A stretch of 48,875 nt of DNA, counting the filler, from Jimgerdemannia flammicorona (taxonomy: Eukaryota): the NCBI GenBank assembly GCA_003990765.1. It is 2 parts of 2 records of this genome, joined end to end, with 100 filler letters (N's around TTAATTAATTAA, not from the genome) between each part and the next. Parts side by side here need not be neighbours in the genome. Positions count along the whole stretch, not along the records: positions 24,491 to 48,875 come from RBNJ01000981.1; 1 more part is not named here. One strand, 5' to 3'. This document shows, piece after piece, positions 48,596-48,875 of this stretch (within the stretch, counting starts at the first letter, position 1; the number at the start of each line of letters is the position of its first letter). The translations under genes were made by a program, and so were the position numbers. The notes beneath the pieces were generated by a model that did not search any database, had not been told where the DNA came from, and saw nothing but the letters and a program-made list of their open reading frames with translations.

Positions 48596-48731
48596 CTTTT
48601 GACTTATAGTAAATAAACCTCAGTCAGCTTAAGTTTGAAGTAAAAAGAATTATAGAGAAACCCACTATCTCTAAGTGATTAGAATTATTCTAAGAAATAA
48701 GACAACTAGAGCAATAATTACTCAAGGTTTA

Positions 48732-48856
48732 TGTAAAAGAATTTACTTATTAGGGTAACCATTATGTAGTTCTGGAAGGGTTTTCTAGAAGTTCTGGATA
48801 TTCTAGAAGACTGTTTTCTTATGGTCAAGATCAATTTCATATAGAGTACATTCTCT
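48732..48856 (-). mobile_element. 3' end (U5) of a B-related LTR inserted into the LTR of F
   Basis: The reverse complement matches ~19370-19493 (ATATGAAATTGATCTTGACCATAAGAAAA...GTTACCCTAA) and ends TTACA with no PBS following. Confidence 0.85.
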
Positions 48857-48875
48857 TTTTTTTTTTTTTTTTTTT

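Larger units (their letters stand above)
46030..48731 (+). mobile_element. Element F: very decayed 3' half of a non-chromoviral Ty3/Gypsy
   Basis: Integrase core LGIDIIDPL...YILTIEDYL, IITDQD and KLKLK*KGPYLI (46165-46950). Purine tract at ~48340-48357, then a putative LTR from ~48358. The 5' limit is uncertain, and 45600-46030 may belong to it. Confidence 0.75.

Noticed and set aside
48727..48731. TAAAC next to the B-like LTR matches B's left flank (4603-4607), suggesting the missing end of B
   Set aside because: The orientation is opposite, the U5 end is diverged, and the adjacent DNA reads as F LTR rather than clear A integrase. A 5-bp match may be chance or target preference.

Overview
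Eukaryotic, most likely fungal, repeat-rich DNA with no recognisable host gene. It is a nest of decayed Ty3/Gypsy LTR retrotransposons plus an intron-containing hAT DNA transposon and a related MITE. An artificial 100-bp spacer (N44-TTAATTAATTAA-N44, 24391-24490) splits it into two pieces. Left piece: an old element A (264-4607) is interrupted by chromoviral element B, arranged as LTR-internal-LTR-internal (4608-24390), and B's first LTR carries a 4.65-kb hAT with an 8-bp TSD. Right piece: element D (minus strand, tRNA-Pro-type PBS) inserted into the RT of old element G, which also holds a hAT MITE; full-length chromoviral element E (36416-45572, minus strand, TSD AGATC); decayed element F; and the end of a B-like LTR. 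All copies show heavy C>T/G>A decay, mostly at CpG. Main observations, all from manual translation and alignment: (1) four Gypsy families (B, D, E, F) carry a homologous, unrecognised 3' accessory ORF, which in B lies inside a 2-kb LTR; (2) E and F share a ~245-nt non-coding, hairpin-rich element upstream of that ORF; (3) B and E have a conserved ~300-codon Met-free frame running from the PBS into gag; (4) every element whose gag-pol junction is visible encodes a dUTPase, in two different positions, and several have extra Cys/His motifs, including a Zn2Cys6-like half-site in D. Element letters are my own labels and no database searches were run.
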